Assembly: GCA_965219685.1 (NCBI GenBank)
Contig: CBDCOH010000002.1
Coordinates: 1,696,001 to 1,760,000 of the forward strand
DNA from: Candidatus Spongiisociaceae bacterium
GTDB lineage: Bacteria; Actinomycetota; Acidimicrobiia; Spongiisociales; Spongiisociaceae
Direction of reading: 5' to 3'
DNA length: 64,000 nt
This document shows, in pieces, positions 36,665-47,412 of the stretch. How positions within the stretch are numbered: the stretch's first letter is position 1; each line of letters starts with the position of its first letter. Under the pieces are notes generated by a model. That model ran no database searches. It was not told the DNA's origin and worked only from the letters and a program-made list of their open reading frames with translations. A program made the translations under genes and the position numbers.

Positions 36665-38047
36665 TGTGGACGGGCGGTCCGATATCAGCCGTTCCGCCCG
36701 GTCGAGCGACTCGTCCGAGAACCCGATCCTGACCCCGCTGAAGTTCGGGCCACGCGTCGCATCCAGCGCCAGACGTGAGGTGGTGCCTTCGACCGACGAT
36801 GACGGGTCGAGTGGGCTACCGGGCAGACCATCGACCACGAAGAGATCGTCGGCTGGCTGGAAGTGGGTGGCCAGCGCCCAGAGCACCTCGGAATCGTCGG
36901 TGACGTCGATGTCTTCATCCACAGCGATGACCGTCTTCAGGTACGGGTCCCAGCCCAGGAGACCGAGCATGACCTGGCGGGCCTCTCCCACCCTCCGCTG
37001 CCGGAGCTTCACGTAGCAGTGGAAGTGGCTACCCGAGTTCGGATAATGGACGGCGACCACCCCGGGGAACCTTCCCTTGAGCTTTTCGGCCATCTCGGAC
37101 TCCCGTGGGATACGCGCCAGGTTGAGGTGCTCGTTCGAGTTGCCACCCACCACGTCGAGAAGCAGCGGGTCGCGGCGGCGCGACATAGTCTCCACCCGGA
37201 AGAGGCTGTTGGTGGAACGGTCGGACGAGTATCCGGTGAACTCCCCGAACGGGCCCTCCTCGACGCGGGCATCGGGATCGATCACGCCTTCGAACAGGTA
37301 ATCGGACGTGGCGGGAACCCGGATCCCGTACCTGAGCGACCGCACGACCTCGAGAGGCGCCCCGAACAGACCGCCCGCCACGTGGCGCTCGTCGACGGTC
37401 ATCGGCACGCGGGCGGAAGCGGCCAGCATGAACAAGGGGTGCCCTCCGAGCACCATCGCCACCCGGAGCGGCTCTCCCTGCTCGGCCGCCGCCCCGAGCA
37501 TCCGCCACAGGTCCCCGCGGGAGTGGAGGCTGGTGGCGAACTCGGTCGCCGAGTGGACCATGGCCCGGTGGTAGCTCAGGTTGCCGATCCCATCGGCTCC
37601 CTCGGCCACGATGATGCCGCTGGTGACGTAGGGCGCCCGGTCCGTGGCGAAGTGGGTGAGGAGGGGGAAGGTGCGCAGGTCGATCGCCGCTCCCTCGCTC
37701 ACCAGATCCAGCACCGGGGCCTCGCCGACCTCGACAGGTTCGATCAGGTTCCTGGCCCTGGCCTGGAACGTGTCGTGGAGGTTCCGCGGATCGGCGCCGA
37801 GTATCCGCGAGATACGGCGCCGGCAGGCGAACAGGTTGGTGACGACCTCGTGGGGAATCCCCTCGATGTTCCGGAAGCGCAGCATCGGATGGCGACTCCC
37901 TGCAGCCAGCCTCCACACCATGCTCGTGACGTCCTGGGAGTCGGCAACCGGCTCGGTGATGTCGAGGACGTCCTCGGGGAATGACCGCTCGTAGATGGAA
38001 ACGAAGTCATGCAGGTCCTGGCTCGACCGGAGACCGGGGATGGTCAT
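36662..38047 (-). CDS. UbiD-family prenyl-FMN-dependent (de)carboxylase
   Basis: YHR, EGPFGEFTGY, VDEDIDV.D...V.WALAT, LDPS; start MTIPG after a GGAGG. Confidence 0.9.
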   Translation of the reverse strand: MTIPGLRSSQDLHDFVSIYERSFPEDVLDITEPVADSQDVTSMVWRLAAGSRHPMLRFRNIEGIPHEVVTNLFACRRRISRILGADPRNLHDTFQARARNLIEPVEVGEAPVLDLVSEGAAIDLRTFPLLTHFATDRAPYVTSGIIVAEGADGIGNLSYHRAMVHSATEFATSLHSRGDLWRMLGAAAEQGEPLRVAMVLGGHPLFMLAASARVPMTVDERHVAGGLFGAPLEVVRSLRYGIRVPATSDYLFEGVIDPDARVEEGPFGEFTGYSSDRSTNSLFRVETMSRRRDPLLLDVVGGNSNEHLNLARIPRESEMAEKLKGRFPGVVAVHYPNSGSHFHCYVKLRQRRVGEARQVMLGLLGWDPYLKTVIAVDEDIDVTDDSEVLWALATHFQPADDLFVVDGLPGSPLDPSSSVEGTTSRLALDATRGPNFSGVRIGFSDESLDRAERLISDRPST

Positions 38048-38432
38048 CGGGAACCCTCCTCGCTCCCCGTCGGGGCTCCTTCGCGTTGGGCGGACAACTG
38101 CATACCCCACAACCGGCCGGCTCTCCTTCGGGACACGGGGGTTGACGGTGTCACACACCTCCCGCATACTGACCGGTACCAAACACCTACACGGCCACGA
38201 GGCCCGACGTCGACCCGGAGGCCGCAGGTATCCAACATCAAGGAGCGCCGCCGACCGGAGGCTGAGGAGGAACGCGCCCCGGATCCAGGCAAGGTGGCGG
38301 TGGGGGAGGGCCCGCAGTCGGCGTAGTGCCCGGCCGGAGTCGCGAAAACCTGCGCTATCGGCATCGCACCGCATTCCCCATCCTGGCGGGCTCCCGCAAC
38401 GGGACCGATCTCGATGGCCGATTGCACGATGG

Positions 38433-39353
38433 TCAGTCGACCGATCGCCCGTAGCTACCCGCAGCCAGTTGTGCCTTTGCCTCCTCGACCGACTCGGGAG
38501 GAGCGGTGGGCTGGACGCCGACCAACCGGGCGATGTTGTTACCCATGTAGTCCTCGAGTTGATCCTCGTCGACACCCAGCCCCTGGGGCGGCTCGTGGCA
38601 GAGCACCTCCAGGTGGGTGAGCCACATGCCCGGATCGTTGGGGGGAGAGTCCGTCCCGAACACGAGGCGGTCGCGGGGCATCTCCTTGGCGAACTCGACG
38701 ATCCGGGACTGGAGCAGCCATCCCGACTCGCCGTAGACGTTCGGCGAGTCCATGATCATCCAGAAGGCCTCGAAGCAGTACACGCCCCCCGTCTGGACCC
38801 CGAAGTGGCCGATGATGAACTTGACGTCGGGGAACTCGCGGATGATCGGGTAGAACTGGGTCGGGATGGAGTAGGGACCGTCGCCGGTGTGGAGCAGGAC
38901 CACCACTCCCAGCTCGTCGCACTTGCGGAGAGCCGGGCGCAGCCAGTCCAGGGCCCGGTCCGGGCGGTAGGCGTGCATGTTGGCGTGCAGCTTCATCATC
39001 TTGAAGCCGTACTCCTTCACGTGGAACTCGAGTTCCGCCGCGCCGTTCTCGGGGCCGAATCGGGGGTTGTAGTTGAAGTTACCGATGAACCGGTCGGGGT
39101 ACTTCTGGGTCAGCTCCGCGATGTAGGACATGTAGTCCCGGATGCCATCTCGACCGCTCCGGCCTCCCTGATGCCACACCGTGTTCCCGGGGGGAGGCTG
39201 GATGAAGCCCATGTCGATGCGCCGGGGTTTCCCGTTGATCCAGTACGGACCGTCCATCATCTCCAGCATCCGCTCCCCCGTGAACGGCTCGCCGGTATGC
39301 CTCCAAGCCTGGTCGATGACGTTGGTGGGGTGGAGATGCGTGTCGATGATCAT
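38433..39353 (-). CDS. Amidohydrolase-superfamily (Amidohydro_2) protein
   Basis: IIDTHLH, KLH, LHTG, IIGHFG, VFGTD.P. Confidence 0.88.
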   Translation of the reverse strand: MIIDTHLHPTNVIDQAWRHTGEPFTGERMLEMMDGPYWINGKPRRIDMGFIQPPPGNTVWHQGGRSGRDGIRDYMSYIAELTQKYPDRFIGNFNYNPRFGPENGAAELEFHVKEYGFKMMKLHANMHAYRPDRALDWLRPALRKCDELGVVVLLHTGDGPYSIPTQFYPIIREFPDVKFIIGHFGVQTGGVYCFEAFWMIMDSPNVYGESGWLLQSRIVEFAKEMPRDRLVFGTDSPPNDPGMWLTHLEVLCHEPPQGLGVDEDQLEDYMGNNIARLVGVQPTAPPESVEEAKAQLAAGSYGRSVD

Positions 39354-39522
39354 GTGGCAGGTCGCTCCTGGTTAGCCGCTGGTCGCTGGCAGGGTCGGGG
39401 ATCTCGGTGCCCGACGCGAACCGCTTCGGACTTCGTGTCCTCCGCCGGTCGAGCGGCCAGCGTAATGAGCCGGCCGTCGAGTCCGAGACTACCCGGTGAC
39501 CGGAGCAGCGCTCAGGTCTTCG

Positions 39523-40749
39523 TCACCGTCCCGGCCGGGTGCTGCCGTCGAGATAGCGGAGGGCGGCCAGCGCGTAGATCCTGGCGGCCTGGTTGACTCC
39601 TTCGACGGCCAGGCGCTCGTTGGGGCCGTGTGCCCTGGGAACGTAGCCCGGACCGAAGGCGGCCACGGTCGGTATGCCGGCTATCCCCTGGAAGCTAAGG
39701 GCGTCCGTCGCACCGGGGAAGACGCCCGGCTCCACGGATCTCCCGAGCACCAGGCGCGAGGCATGCTGCAGGGCTGCCACCACCGGATGGTCAGGCCGGA
39801 TCTGCGTGGCCTCGGAGAACCCCACCATCCTCAGTTCCGCCGACAGCCGCGGGTTCTCCGCCATCGACCGGTCGAGGAACCTGAGGAGGTCGGCCGTCAC
39901 GCTCGGCTCGGTCATGCCCGGCACGAGCCGGATGTCGGAGCTGAAACGCGCGTTGCCCGGATAGACCCCGTAAAACACGCCGGCCTCGGCCATCACGCCC
40001 ACGTTGACGGTCGGGCCGGAACCGTCCAGGGGGTAGGGAACATAGGTCAGGCAGCGATGGAACTCGGATGCCATCTTCTGTATCAGCCATGCCATCTCGA
40101 CGGTGGCGTTGACGGGGTCGAAGCGATCCGAGACGCTCGAGTGCATCTGGGTGCCTTCGACTTCGATGTCGACCAGGGCGGACCCCCTCGAGACCACCCC
40201 GATCATCTCCCATTCCGACATCACGCCGCACGGTTCGCCGATGATGGCCGCGTCGGCCACGAGATGCCCTTCCTCTGCCAGCCACTTGGACCCGAGCGTC
40301 GAGCCTGCTTCCTCGTCGGCGGTCAGGACCAGTTGGAGCTCTCCGCACCACCCTCCCGACCTGGACAGAGCCACCGCCGCGTACGCCATCGCCGCAACCG
40401 CCGCCTTCATGTCACCCGAACCCAGACCGCGCAGCTCACCGTCCGAGACGACCGGATCCCACGGGTCGGTTTCCCAGCGGGAGAGGTCGCCGGCCGGTTT
40501 GGTGTCGGTGTGGCCCGAGAGAACGAGTGTCGGACCGGGCCCGTCGCCGGGGATCCGCACGATGACGTTGGGCCTCGAAGGCCGGGCTTCGAGAATCGTC
40601 AGATCGTTGAGCCCGTGGGCGCGCAGCAGTTCGCACACCACACCGACCACGGCTCTCTCGTCGCCGGGCGGATTGGGACTGGGAGTGGCCACCAGCCGGC
40701 GCGCAAGGTCGAGTTGATCCTCGGCGGTGGACTCCAGGAAGGAGAGCAC
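39523..40749 (-). CDS. M20-family metallopeptidase/deacylase (ArgE/DapE-like)
   Basis: GHTDT, GLGSGDMK, DEE.GS..G, GEP, AHGPNE. Confidence 0.9.
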   Translation of the reverse strand: MLSFLESTAEDQLDLARRLVATPSPNPPGDERAVVGVVCELLRAHGLNDLTILEARPSRPNVIVRIPGDGPGPTLVLSGHTDTKPAGDLSRWETDPWDPVVSDGELRGLGSGDMKAAVAAMAYAAVALSRSGGWCGELQLVLTADEEAGSTLGSKWLAEEGHLVADAAIIGEPCGVMSEWEMIGVVSRGSALVDIEVEGTQMHSSVSDRFDPVNATVEMAWLIQKMASEFHRCLTYVPYPLDGSGPTVNVGVMAEAGVFYGVYPGNARFSSDIRLVPGMTEPSVTADLLRFLDRSMAENPRLSAELRMVGFSEATQIRPDHPVVAALQHASRLVLGRSVEPGVFPGATDALSFQGIAGIPTVAAFGPGYVPRAHGPNERLAVEGVNQAARIYALAALRYLDGSTRPGR

Positions 40750-40792
40750 CTCGGCACGGGGTGGGACCGGGGCGGACAGGTCGGATCGGCCC

Positions 40793-42268
40793 CTACAGCG
40801 GGTTGAGCGGATAGAGCGGACGGGGCGCGTTGCGGAACCGGAGACCTTCCAGCCGAGGTCGGCTCACTCCGGGAAGATCGAGGGTCACCGCTTCGGCGGC
40901 CGATTCGGCGAAGTTGGCCCGGTAGTCACTGCACGAACGGACCACTAGCACGTCGGCCTGATCGGGATCCAACCCGGCGTGGCGCCAGGTGGCCGGGTCG
41001 GCGCTGATGGCAGGCTCCGACGTCACGAGCAGGTGGTGGAATCCGGATTGCAGCACCACCCACTCCCCCATCGACACCTCCCGACGGGTGAAGGACTTGC
41101 CTGCCAGCCGGTAACTTCCCGCTCCGGACCGCCGGACGATTCCGTCCACCACCACCGACGGCGCGTCGGGGTTGATCCCCCCGCCCACCTCTACCCGCAC
41201 CCGCTGCCCTACCGCCGCACGGCACCGCTCTACGGCCGACGGGTCGAGGACCGTATGCATGACTACGAGGTCGGGGCCGTGGAGGGCGGCCTGGCCGATC
41301 ATCACGGGATCGTCACCGGGAGCGCCAGCCGTCGGGCAGTCGGCGGTGTGGGCCATGATGAAGGGCTTGGCGCCCGAGGCCCGCGCCATTCGAAACGCCT
41401 TGTCCGGGGTCAGGAGACGCGGCGTGGTCATCCGCTCCTTCCTCTGCCAGATCTCGTCGGCCAACTCCTCGGCCAGACTGCGAGCTCCTGTCGGGTCGGC
41501 GTCGGCCACAACCGAGACCCCGAGACCCAGCTCGGGAACATCGAGCCACGGCTGCACCGGGAACAGCGAGACATCGAGCATGTGCGGCGCGGCCCGCTCG
41601 TAGGCGAGCCGGCGAACTTCCGCCATGGGACCGACGTCGGTGCGCATCGCTTCGGCGGGGATTAGCAGGGGACGCTTGGCAAGGGCCATGGAGGGCGCGA
41701 TCTCCCCGTACGACACCGCGGTGACCAGCCTGGCGATCCGTTTGCCGGTTGCGGCCATGTCCGTATGCGGCTCCGTGTGGTAGCCGACCAGCACGTCGGC
41801 CAACTGGACCATCCGGTCGGTGATGTTGGCATGAAGATCCAGGCACACTCCCAGCGCAATGTCACCGATCCGGCGCCTGGCCGTCTCGATGAGCGCCGAG
41901 TCGGCATCGAAGAGGGACTCCGACGCCATCGCTCCGTGCAACGACAGCACGAGACCCTGCAAGCTGCCCGCCGACTTCAGGCTGTCGTCGAGCAGCCCGG
42001 ACAGCCGCTCGAAGGCATCGTCGCTCACTTTGCCCGACGGAAGCGCCCAGGCCGCCACCAGGGGCACCGGCTCGGCCCCCATCCGGCGTAGGGCGGAGAA
42101 GGCCCCCGCGAACTCGGTGTTGGTCCTCTTCAGGGATTTGGCTGCTTCATCGCCCACCAGGACGGTGTAGTCCTCCCAGCGGGTCGGCCGGGGACTGAAG
42201 GTGTTGGTCTCCTGGACCAACGAGGCAACCCCGATTCTCGGTCGCGCCAGATTCCAGGGGTCCATCAT
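40793..42268 (-). CDS. M81-family metallopeptidase (MlrC-like)
   Basis: ETNTFSP, LSLHGAM, LDLHAN, PH.D, PWLDVPE.G, AD.P.AGAPGD. Confidence 0.88.
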   Translation of the reverse strand: MMDPWNLARPRIGVASLVQETNTFSPRPTRWEDYTVLVGDEAAKSLKRTNTEFAGAFSALRRMGAEPVPLVAAWALPSGKVSDDAFERLSGLLDDSLKSAGSLQGLVLSLHGAMASESLFDADSALIETARRRIGDIALGVCLDLHANITDRMVQLADVLVGYHTEPHTDMAATGKRIARLVTAVSYGEIAPSMALAKRPLLIPAEAMRTDVGPMAEVRRLAYERAAPHMLDVSLFPVQPWLDVPELGLGVSVVADADPTGARSLAEELADEIWQRKERMTTPRLLTPDKAFRMARASGAKPFIMAHTADCPTAGAPGDDPVMIGQAALHGPDLVVMHTVLDPSAVERCRAAVGQRVRVEVGGGINPDAPSVVVDGIVRRSGAGSYRLAGKSFTRREVSMGEWVVLQSGFHHLLVTSEPAISADPATWRHAGLDPDQADVLVVRSCSDYRANFAESAAEAVTLDLPGVSRPRLEGLRFRNAPRPLYPLNPL

Positions 42269-43275
42269 GGCGTCGGTGTGAGCGGAACCGGTAGGTTCGA
42301 GCGGGCGGAACGTTTGGCCGCGTCCACGATGGCGTGGGCTAGCCGGGCTTTACGGAGAGTCATCTCCGGCTGGGTCCCTTCGCGCACCGAGCGTATGAAA
42401 TGGTCGAGGGAGGCGGCGAGATCTCCGCTCACCCGCCCCCGCGTGACCGGCCAGTGGGCCAGATCCGGTAGCGTCATCCCGTCCCCGTCCACCATGGTCA
42501 GCCCATGGTTGGAACCGTCCACGAACACGCCGCCCTCGGTACCCACCACCTGCAGCGAGGCGTCGAGGGGCGCGGGAATCGAAGGAGGCAGTACCCAACT
42601 CGTCTCGAGCGACCCGATGATCCCGTTCTCGAACCTAACCAGCACCATGGCGGCGTCGTCATGGCCGTGGGCAGCCGACCGTCGGGAGATGGTCTCGGCG
42701 TAGACGCGGGCGACCGGCGAGCCGGCCAGCCATGCCATGACGTCGAGGTCGTGGATGCCGGTGGAGATGAGCAGATCCGTCCAGACGCCGTAGATCTCCG
42801 CACCCAGCGAGGAGCCCCGGCGGCGAACGAAGATCGTGTGGATATCGCCCAGGCGACCGGAGGATGCCGCCTGGTACGTCTCCGAGTAGCGGGGATCGAA
42901 TCGGAGGATGAAGTTGACCATGGCTAGGACGCCGGTGTCCTCGATGTCGGATATCAGCCGATCGGTCTCCGCGAGGGAGGGCGCCAGCGGTTTCTCCAGA
43001 AGCAGGTGCTTTCCGGCCCGGGCGAGCGGTACGGCGACGCCATGCCGGTGATGCTCGGGCACCGCGACGGACACCGCGGTGAATTCACAGTTTCCGAGCA
43101 GGTCGGAGACCTCCGTGAACCAGGGCACCCCGAGCGGCTCGGCGACCGCCCGTGCACTGCCCTCGTCGACGTCCACGACTCCCACCAACTCCGCCAGTGG
43201 ATGCTCCCGGTAGATGCGGGCGTGAAGGGAACCGATCGCCCCCACCCCGACCACCGCGGTTCGAAGGGCTGTCAT
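42265..43275 (-). CDS. Gfo/Idh/MocA-family oxidoreductase
   Basis: VVGVGAIG, HLLLEKP, RF.P, IHDLD. Confidence 0.9.
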   Translation of the reverse strand: MTALRTAVVGVGAIGSLHARIYREHPLAELVGVVDVDEGSARAVAEPLGVPWFTEVSDLLGNCEFTAVSVAVPEHHRHGVAVPLARAGKHLLLEKPLAPSLAETDRLISDIEDTGVLAMVNFILRFDPRYSETYQAASSGRLGDIHTIFVRRRGSSLGAEIYGVWTDLLISTGIHDLDVMAWLAGSPVARVYAETISRRSAAHGHDDAAMVLVRFENGIIGSLETSWVLPPSIPAPLDASLQVVGTEGGVFVDGSNHGLTMVDGDGMTLPDLAHWPVTRGRVSGDLAASLDHFIRSVREGTQPEMTLRKARLAHAIVDAAKRSARSNLPVPLTPTP

Positions 43276-44039
43276 CGGGGTTGGCGGCCCGGAACGAAGG
43301 CGCGGTCATGGCCGGGCATGACCGTGGTCGGTCTGAGGGCGTGGATGCGGTCGAGGCTGGCGTGGAGACCTCTCAACTGGTCGTCCGTGTACCAGTGGGA
43401 GAAGGTCCGCTCCGAGTACTCGCGGCGGGTCATCACCGTATCGCCGGCCACCACCACCCGGTCGCCCGCCTGCGAATCGGCAAGCACGCTGATATGGCCC
43501 GGGGTGTGCCCCGGAGTGGAGACAGCCACCACACCCGGCATGAGTTCCAATTCCCCTCCCCGCGGGACCTCGGTCAGCTTCCCCATCACCGCCAGGCGGG
43601 CAGCCGTTTCCTCCGGACCGTACAACTCCTCACAGAAATCGGCCTCTCCCTGTCCCATCACGAGTTCGGCCCCAGGAAGCCTGAAGGCGCTCCCCATATG
43701 GTCGTGGTGGCAATGGGTGCACACCACCACGTCGATCTGGCCGGGAGTGAGACCGAAACGGGACAGCCCGATCCCCAACTGCCCGTAGAAACCGGTGTGA
43801 TGGTTGCCGGGATCGACCACGATGTTCCGCTCCCCCCTGATCAATACCGTGGTCGACACCGGAAGGAACCCGAGGTTGGAGTCGAACAACGCATCCTTGG
43901 CCGGGTCGATGCCCATCATCGTCTCCATCCGGTCCAGCATCGCCTCGGTGTCCGAAGCGAAGTAGTAGACCACCTCATCCTCCGACAGCGAGAACCTCAG
44001 CACCACCGGCTGTATGACCACATCGATTCGATTCGGCAT
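43272..44039 (-). CDS. Metallo-beta-lactamase-fold hydrolase
   Basis: THCHHDHMG, TPGHTPGH, AGD, PGHD. Confidence 0.9.
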   Translation of the reverse strand: MPNRIDVVIQPVVLRFSLSEDEVVYYFASDTEAMLDRMETMMGIDPAKDALFDSNLGFLPVSTTVLIRGERNIVVDPGNHHTGFYGQLGIGLSRFGLTPGQIDVVVCTHCHHDHMGSAFRLPGAELVMGQGEADFCEELYGPEETAARLAVMGKLTEVPRGGELELMPGVVAVSTPGHTPGHISVLADSQAGDRVVVAGDTVMTRREYSERTFSHWYTDDQLRGLHASLDRIHALRPTTVMPGHDRAFVPGRQPR

Positions 44040-44080
44040 CCTGTTTCAGCTCCTCTCGAAGGCTGAGCGGTCCTGCCGGA

Positions 44081-44920
44081 TCATCTCTCCACGCCCGCGG
44101 TGATGACCTCGGTGATGTTCCTCTGGAAGACCGCAGTTATCAGAATCACCGGTAGGGCGGTGACCACCGTGGCTGCGGCCAGCTGGCCGATTGCGATGTC
44201 CATGGTAGAGCGGAACAAACCGAGCGTGACAGTCAGTATCGACAGGTCGCTGGTGAACAGCAGCGGCGTCAGGAACTCGATCCAAGCCAGGACAAAGCCG
44301 AGCAGCAGGCCGGCGAGTATCCCCGGGCGCAGCAGCGGCAGCACGATCCGGACGAGGAGTTGCAACAGGTTCGCCCCGTCGATGCGGGCCATCTCCTCGA
44401 CCGACACGGGTATCGAACGCACGAACGAGCCCATGATCCACACCATGAACGGCAAGGTGAAAGCCACGTACGGGAGGACCAGACCCAGGTACGTGTCGTA
44501 CAGGCCGAGCTGCACCACCGTTATGAACAGCGGAAGGACGAACAGCAGGGTGGGCAGGACATAGATGGCGGCGAACCCCCCGAGGACGATCCGCCGGCCC
44601 GGAACCCTCATCCTGTTCAGCGCGTACGCGGCGGGGACCGCGATCGCCACCGTGAGAACGGAAGAACCCACTGCGACAATCAGGCTGTTGACCATCGACT
44701 CGGTCACCGGCACGCCGGAGTCCTCGGAGAATATCTGCCCGTAGTGTTCGGTGGTGACGTAGGTCGGCGCGAACGCCACGTCCCGGGAGCGGATGTCCCG
44801 CTCCGTCTGGACGCTCGTCAGCACGATGCCGTAAAGCGGGAAGGCCATCACCACGAGGACCACGGCCGCCAATCCGTAGGTGGCGACCTGGGTCCAGCGT
44901 GATCCGGAACGGCTACCCAT
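44081..44920 (-). CDS. Carbohydrate ABC transporter permease (MalG-like)
   Basis: NSL, AAYAL, EE.ARIDGA (EAA loop), W.EF. Confidence 0.9.
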   Translation of the reverse strand: MGSRSGSRWTQVATYGLAAVVLVVMAFPLYGIVLTSVQTERDIRSRDVAFAPTYVTTEHYGQIFSEDSGVPVTESMVNSLIVAVGSSVLTVAIAVPAAYALNRMRVPGRRIVLGGFAAIYVLPTLLFVLPLFITVVQLGLYDTYLGLVLPYVAFTLPFMVWIMGSFVRSIPVSVEEMARIDGANLLQLLVRIVLPLLRPGILAGLLLGFVLAWIEFLTPLLFTSDLSILTVTLGLFRSTMDIAIGQLAAATVVTALPVILITAVFQRNITEVITAGVER

Positions 44921-44922
44921 GT

Positions 44923-45849
44923 CTAGTCCCGCACCAGCCGCCGCGTCCGGTACAGCATCCAACCCAGCCCCGCGATCGCCAGAACGGTCAGTGCCGACAG
45001 CAGGTACGCGCTCGCAGCGGCGCTTCCGAAGTCGAACTGTTCGAAGCCCTGCCTGTACACGAGGAAGTTGAGCGTGGTCGTCGCCCGGCTCGGGCCGCCC
45101 CGGGTGAGGACGAAGATCGTGTCGAAGACCTTCATCGCCCAGACGAACAGGAAGATCACGACCGGGACGACCACCGGGAGCATCAGGGGGAGGGTGACAT
45201 AGCGGAAGGTGCGCCAAGAGCCGGCCCCGTCGATGGCGGCCGCCTCGCGCACCGTCCGGGGAACGGTCTGCAAACCGGCCAGCAGGAAGATCGTGGCGAA
45301 CGGAATCCACCGCCACACTTCGGCGATCAGCACCGAGTGGAGCGCTATGACCTGGCCTCCCAACCAGATCACACTCCCCTCTCCCCCGAAGGCCCTGATA
45401 AGGCCGTTCAGGAAGCCGAACTCTGCGTGGAACATCTGGACCCACAGGACGCCGGACGCGACCGGGGGAACCGCCCAGGGCAGCAGCACGGTGACCCTCA
45501 CGAGGCCCCTGCCCATGAAGGTCCTGTTCAGGAGCAGAGCGATCAGGAACGAGAGGACCACCGTCGCCAGGCAGAGCATCACGCCGAAGTAGACGGTTAT
45601 ACCCGTCGCCTCCCAGAATCCGGAACTCGTCAGTTGGCGTACGAAGTTCCGCAGGCCCACGAAGCCGGTGATCCGGAAGCGGGGAGACAGGTCTATCGAG
45701 GCGAGGCTGTAGAGGACCGTGGAGACGGCCGGGTACGCGTACACGCCCGCCACCAGCAGAACCGCCGGGGCCACCATCGCCACCGCGGCCCTCCGGCCGG
45801 GCAGGCGAGTCGAGCCGGTCTCCCCGCCTGCCGGGATGTCACCGGTCAT
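44923..45849 (-). CDS. Carbohydrate ABC transporter permease (MalF-like)
   Basis: FVGL.NF, LPWAVP, W...PF...LAGLQ, EAAAIDGA, TRGGP. Confidence 0.9.
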   Translation of the reverse strand: MTGDIPAGGETGSTRLPGRRAAVAMVAPAVLLVAGVYAYPAVSTVLYSLASIDLSPRFRITGFVGLRNFVRQLTSSGFWEATGITVYFGVMLCLATVVLSFLIALLLNRTFMGRGLVRVTVLLPWAVPPVASGVLWVQMFHAEFGFLNGLIRAFGGEGSVIWLGGQVIALHSVLIAEVWRWIPFATIFLLAGLQTVPRTVREAAAIDGAGSWRTFRYVTLPLMLPVVVPVVIFLFVWAMKVFDTIFVLTRGGPSRATTTLNFLVYRQGFEQFDFGSAAASAYLLSALTVLAIAGLGWMLYRTRRLVRD

Positions 45850-45868
45850 GGGCTCGGGAGGTGATGTC

Positions 45869-47239
45869 TTACGACTCGTCCTGCCTTCTGGCTTCTGAGG
45901 CCGCGGCCGCGGCGTCGTCGAGAGCCTGGCGGGGCGACTTGCGGTCGGCGAGTACCTCGTGGATCTCGTCGGCCAGCATCTGGGTCCAGCGGGGCCGGTC
46001 CTCCGACCAACCACCGTCCACCGGATACTCGTAGGCCTTGGCCAGCGCCGGGTAGAAGGGGAAGGCCTCCACGATGTCGGGTTCCTGCAGGATGCCGTTG
46101 TAGATGGATCCCCATCCGCCCATCGCCACCACCCGCTGACCCTCGCGAGAGGAGATCAGGTCGAGCAGCCGCCAGGCCTCGTCCTTGTTCTCGGAGTAGA
46201 CCGGGACGCCGAAGAACTCGGAACCGTCCACGGATCCGCTGGTCTCCACCGCCGGGTTGGGGGCGAAGGCGCTGTGACCCGCGATCTGGGAGGCGTCGGG
46301 AAGCGCCGCAACTCCCGCCACGAATGGCCATGAGATGAACATGCCCCGGGTTCCTTCGAAGAACCCCGGTGCGGCATCGAACACCCAGGTGTAGGTGGCG
46401 ACAGCCGGGTCGATCACCTGGTGGGTGTGGAGCAGGTCGTAGAGCTTCTGCAACGCCTCCACACCGGCTTCGGAGTTCCAGGCCGGCTGCGACTCCTCGT
46501 CGAGGAAGCTGCCGCCGTGCATGTTGAGCATGCCGCCCCAGGTCCAGAGGACGTGCTTGTCAGCCCAGGCGTCCGTGTAGCCGTAGTACTGCACGCCGTC
46601 GCGCTCGCCGGTCATGGCCTTGGCATACTCGACGAAGGTGTCCCACGAGTTGGGAGTTGAGTGCCAGTCGGTCGGTGCATCCGGGTCCAGCCCTGCCTGC
46701 TCCATCAACTGCTTGTTCCAGTGGAGCAACTGGCTGCCCATCGTCCAAGGCACGGCGAGGGTGTCCTCACCCACCTCCACCGCTCCCATTCCCCTGGTGA
46801 GCAGATCACCTTCGGGGCGAACCCGCTCGTCCATGAAGATGCTGGCGTTGGTGAGCCATCCCCGGGTACCGAGCTCGGCGCCCAACTCCGCCGTGACGAA
46901 GACCGCGTCCCAGGGGGAACTCTGCGCGAGGAAGGAGGTGGTGAGCTTGCTCCGCAAGTCGGGAGTGGTCACCTCCTCGACATTGGGGGCGAACCCGACC
47001 GCCGACTCGTGCTGGCCCAGGATCTGCTTGATGGGATCCATGTGTGTGCCTATCAACACACCCAACTGGCCGGTGAAGTCCTCACCCGGCTCGGCTCCTT
47101 CATCTATGGGGTCGCCCTCTCCGCAGGCCGCCAGCAGTGCGGACAACCCGCCCATGGCGGCGAACGCCGTTAGGGCGGAACCGCCACGAAGAACCTGGCG
47201 ACGTGTGAAGAGCCGTGGGTCGTATCCCTTGGGTACCAA
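45869..47239 (-). CDS. Sugar-type extracellular solute-binding lipoprotein with Tat signal
   Basis: TRRQVLR twin-arginine motif, LLAAC lipobox, WNK.L..AGLD, family-1 SBP features. Confidence 0.88.
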   Translation of the reverse strand: MVPKGYDPRLFTRRQVLRGGSALTAFAAMGGLSALLAACGEGDPIDEGAEPGEDFTGQLGVLIGTHMDPIKQILGQHESAVGFAPNVEEVTTPDLRSKLTTSFLAQSSPWDAVFVTAELGAELGTRGWLTNASIFMDERVRPEGDLLTRGMGAVEVGEDTLAVPWTMGSQLLHWNKQLMEQAGLDPDAPTDWHSTPNSWDTFVEYAKAMTGERDGVQYYGYTDAWADKHVLWTWGGMLNMHGGSFLDEESQPAWNSEAGVEALQKLYDLLHTHQVIDPAVATYTWVFDAAPGFFEGTRGMFISWPFVAGVAALPDASQIAGHSAFAPNPAVETSGSVDGSEFFGVPVYSENKDEAWRLLDLISSREGQRVVAMGGWGSIYNGILQEPDIVEAFPFYPALAKAYEYPVDGGWSEDRPRWTQMLADEIHEVLADRKSPRQALDDAAAAASEARRQDES

Positions 47240-47412
47240 GACGATCTCCTATCGGTTAGACGGTGGGTCCAGACGATCATAGTTAGCCGATGCCAAGCGC
47301 GGTCCGCCAGGCTGTCGTCGGCCGGTGCTGCAGTTCCGTGCCGCGCGGCAGATGGTGGGAGGTCCCATACCGGGAACGGAGGACTACGCCGAAGGATGCT
47401 CCGGATCGGGCT

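Noticed and set aside
36662-38575. Long N-terminal extensions in the ORF track (UbiD, FGGY kinase, GrdC, CobW, permeases, macro domain)
   Set aside because: They overlap upstream genes or repeats; downstream starts with an RBS or coupling fit the family lengths.
37995-39596. Long plus-strand ORFs here and elsewhere (e.g. 24847-26355 minus, 39496-40806, 48217-49680)
   Set aside because: They are antisense shadows of well-supported genes in GC-rich DNA and carry no motifs.
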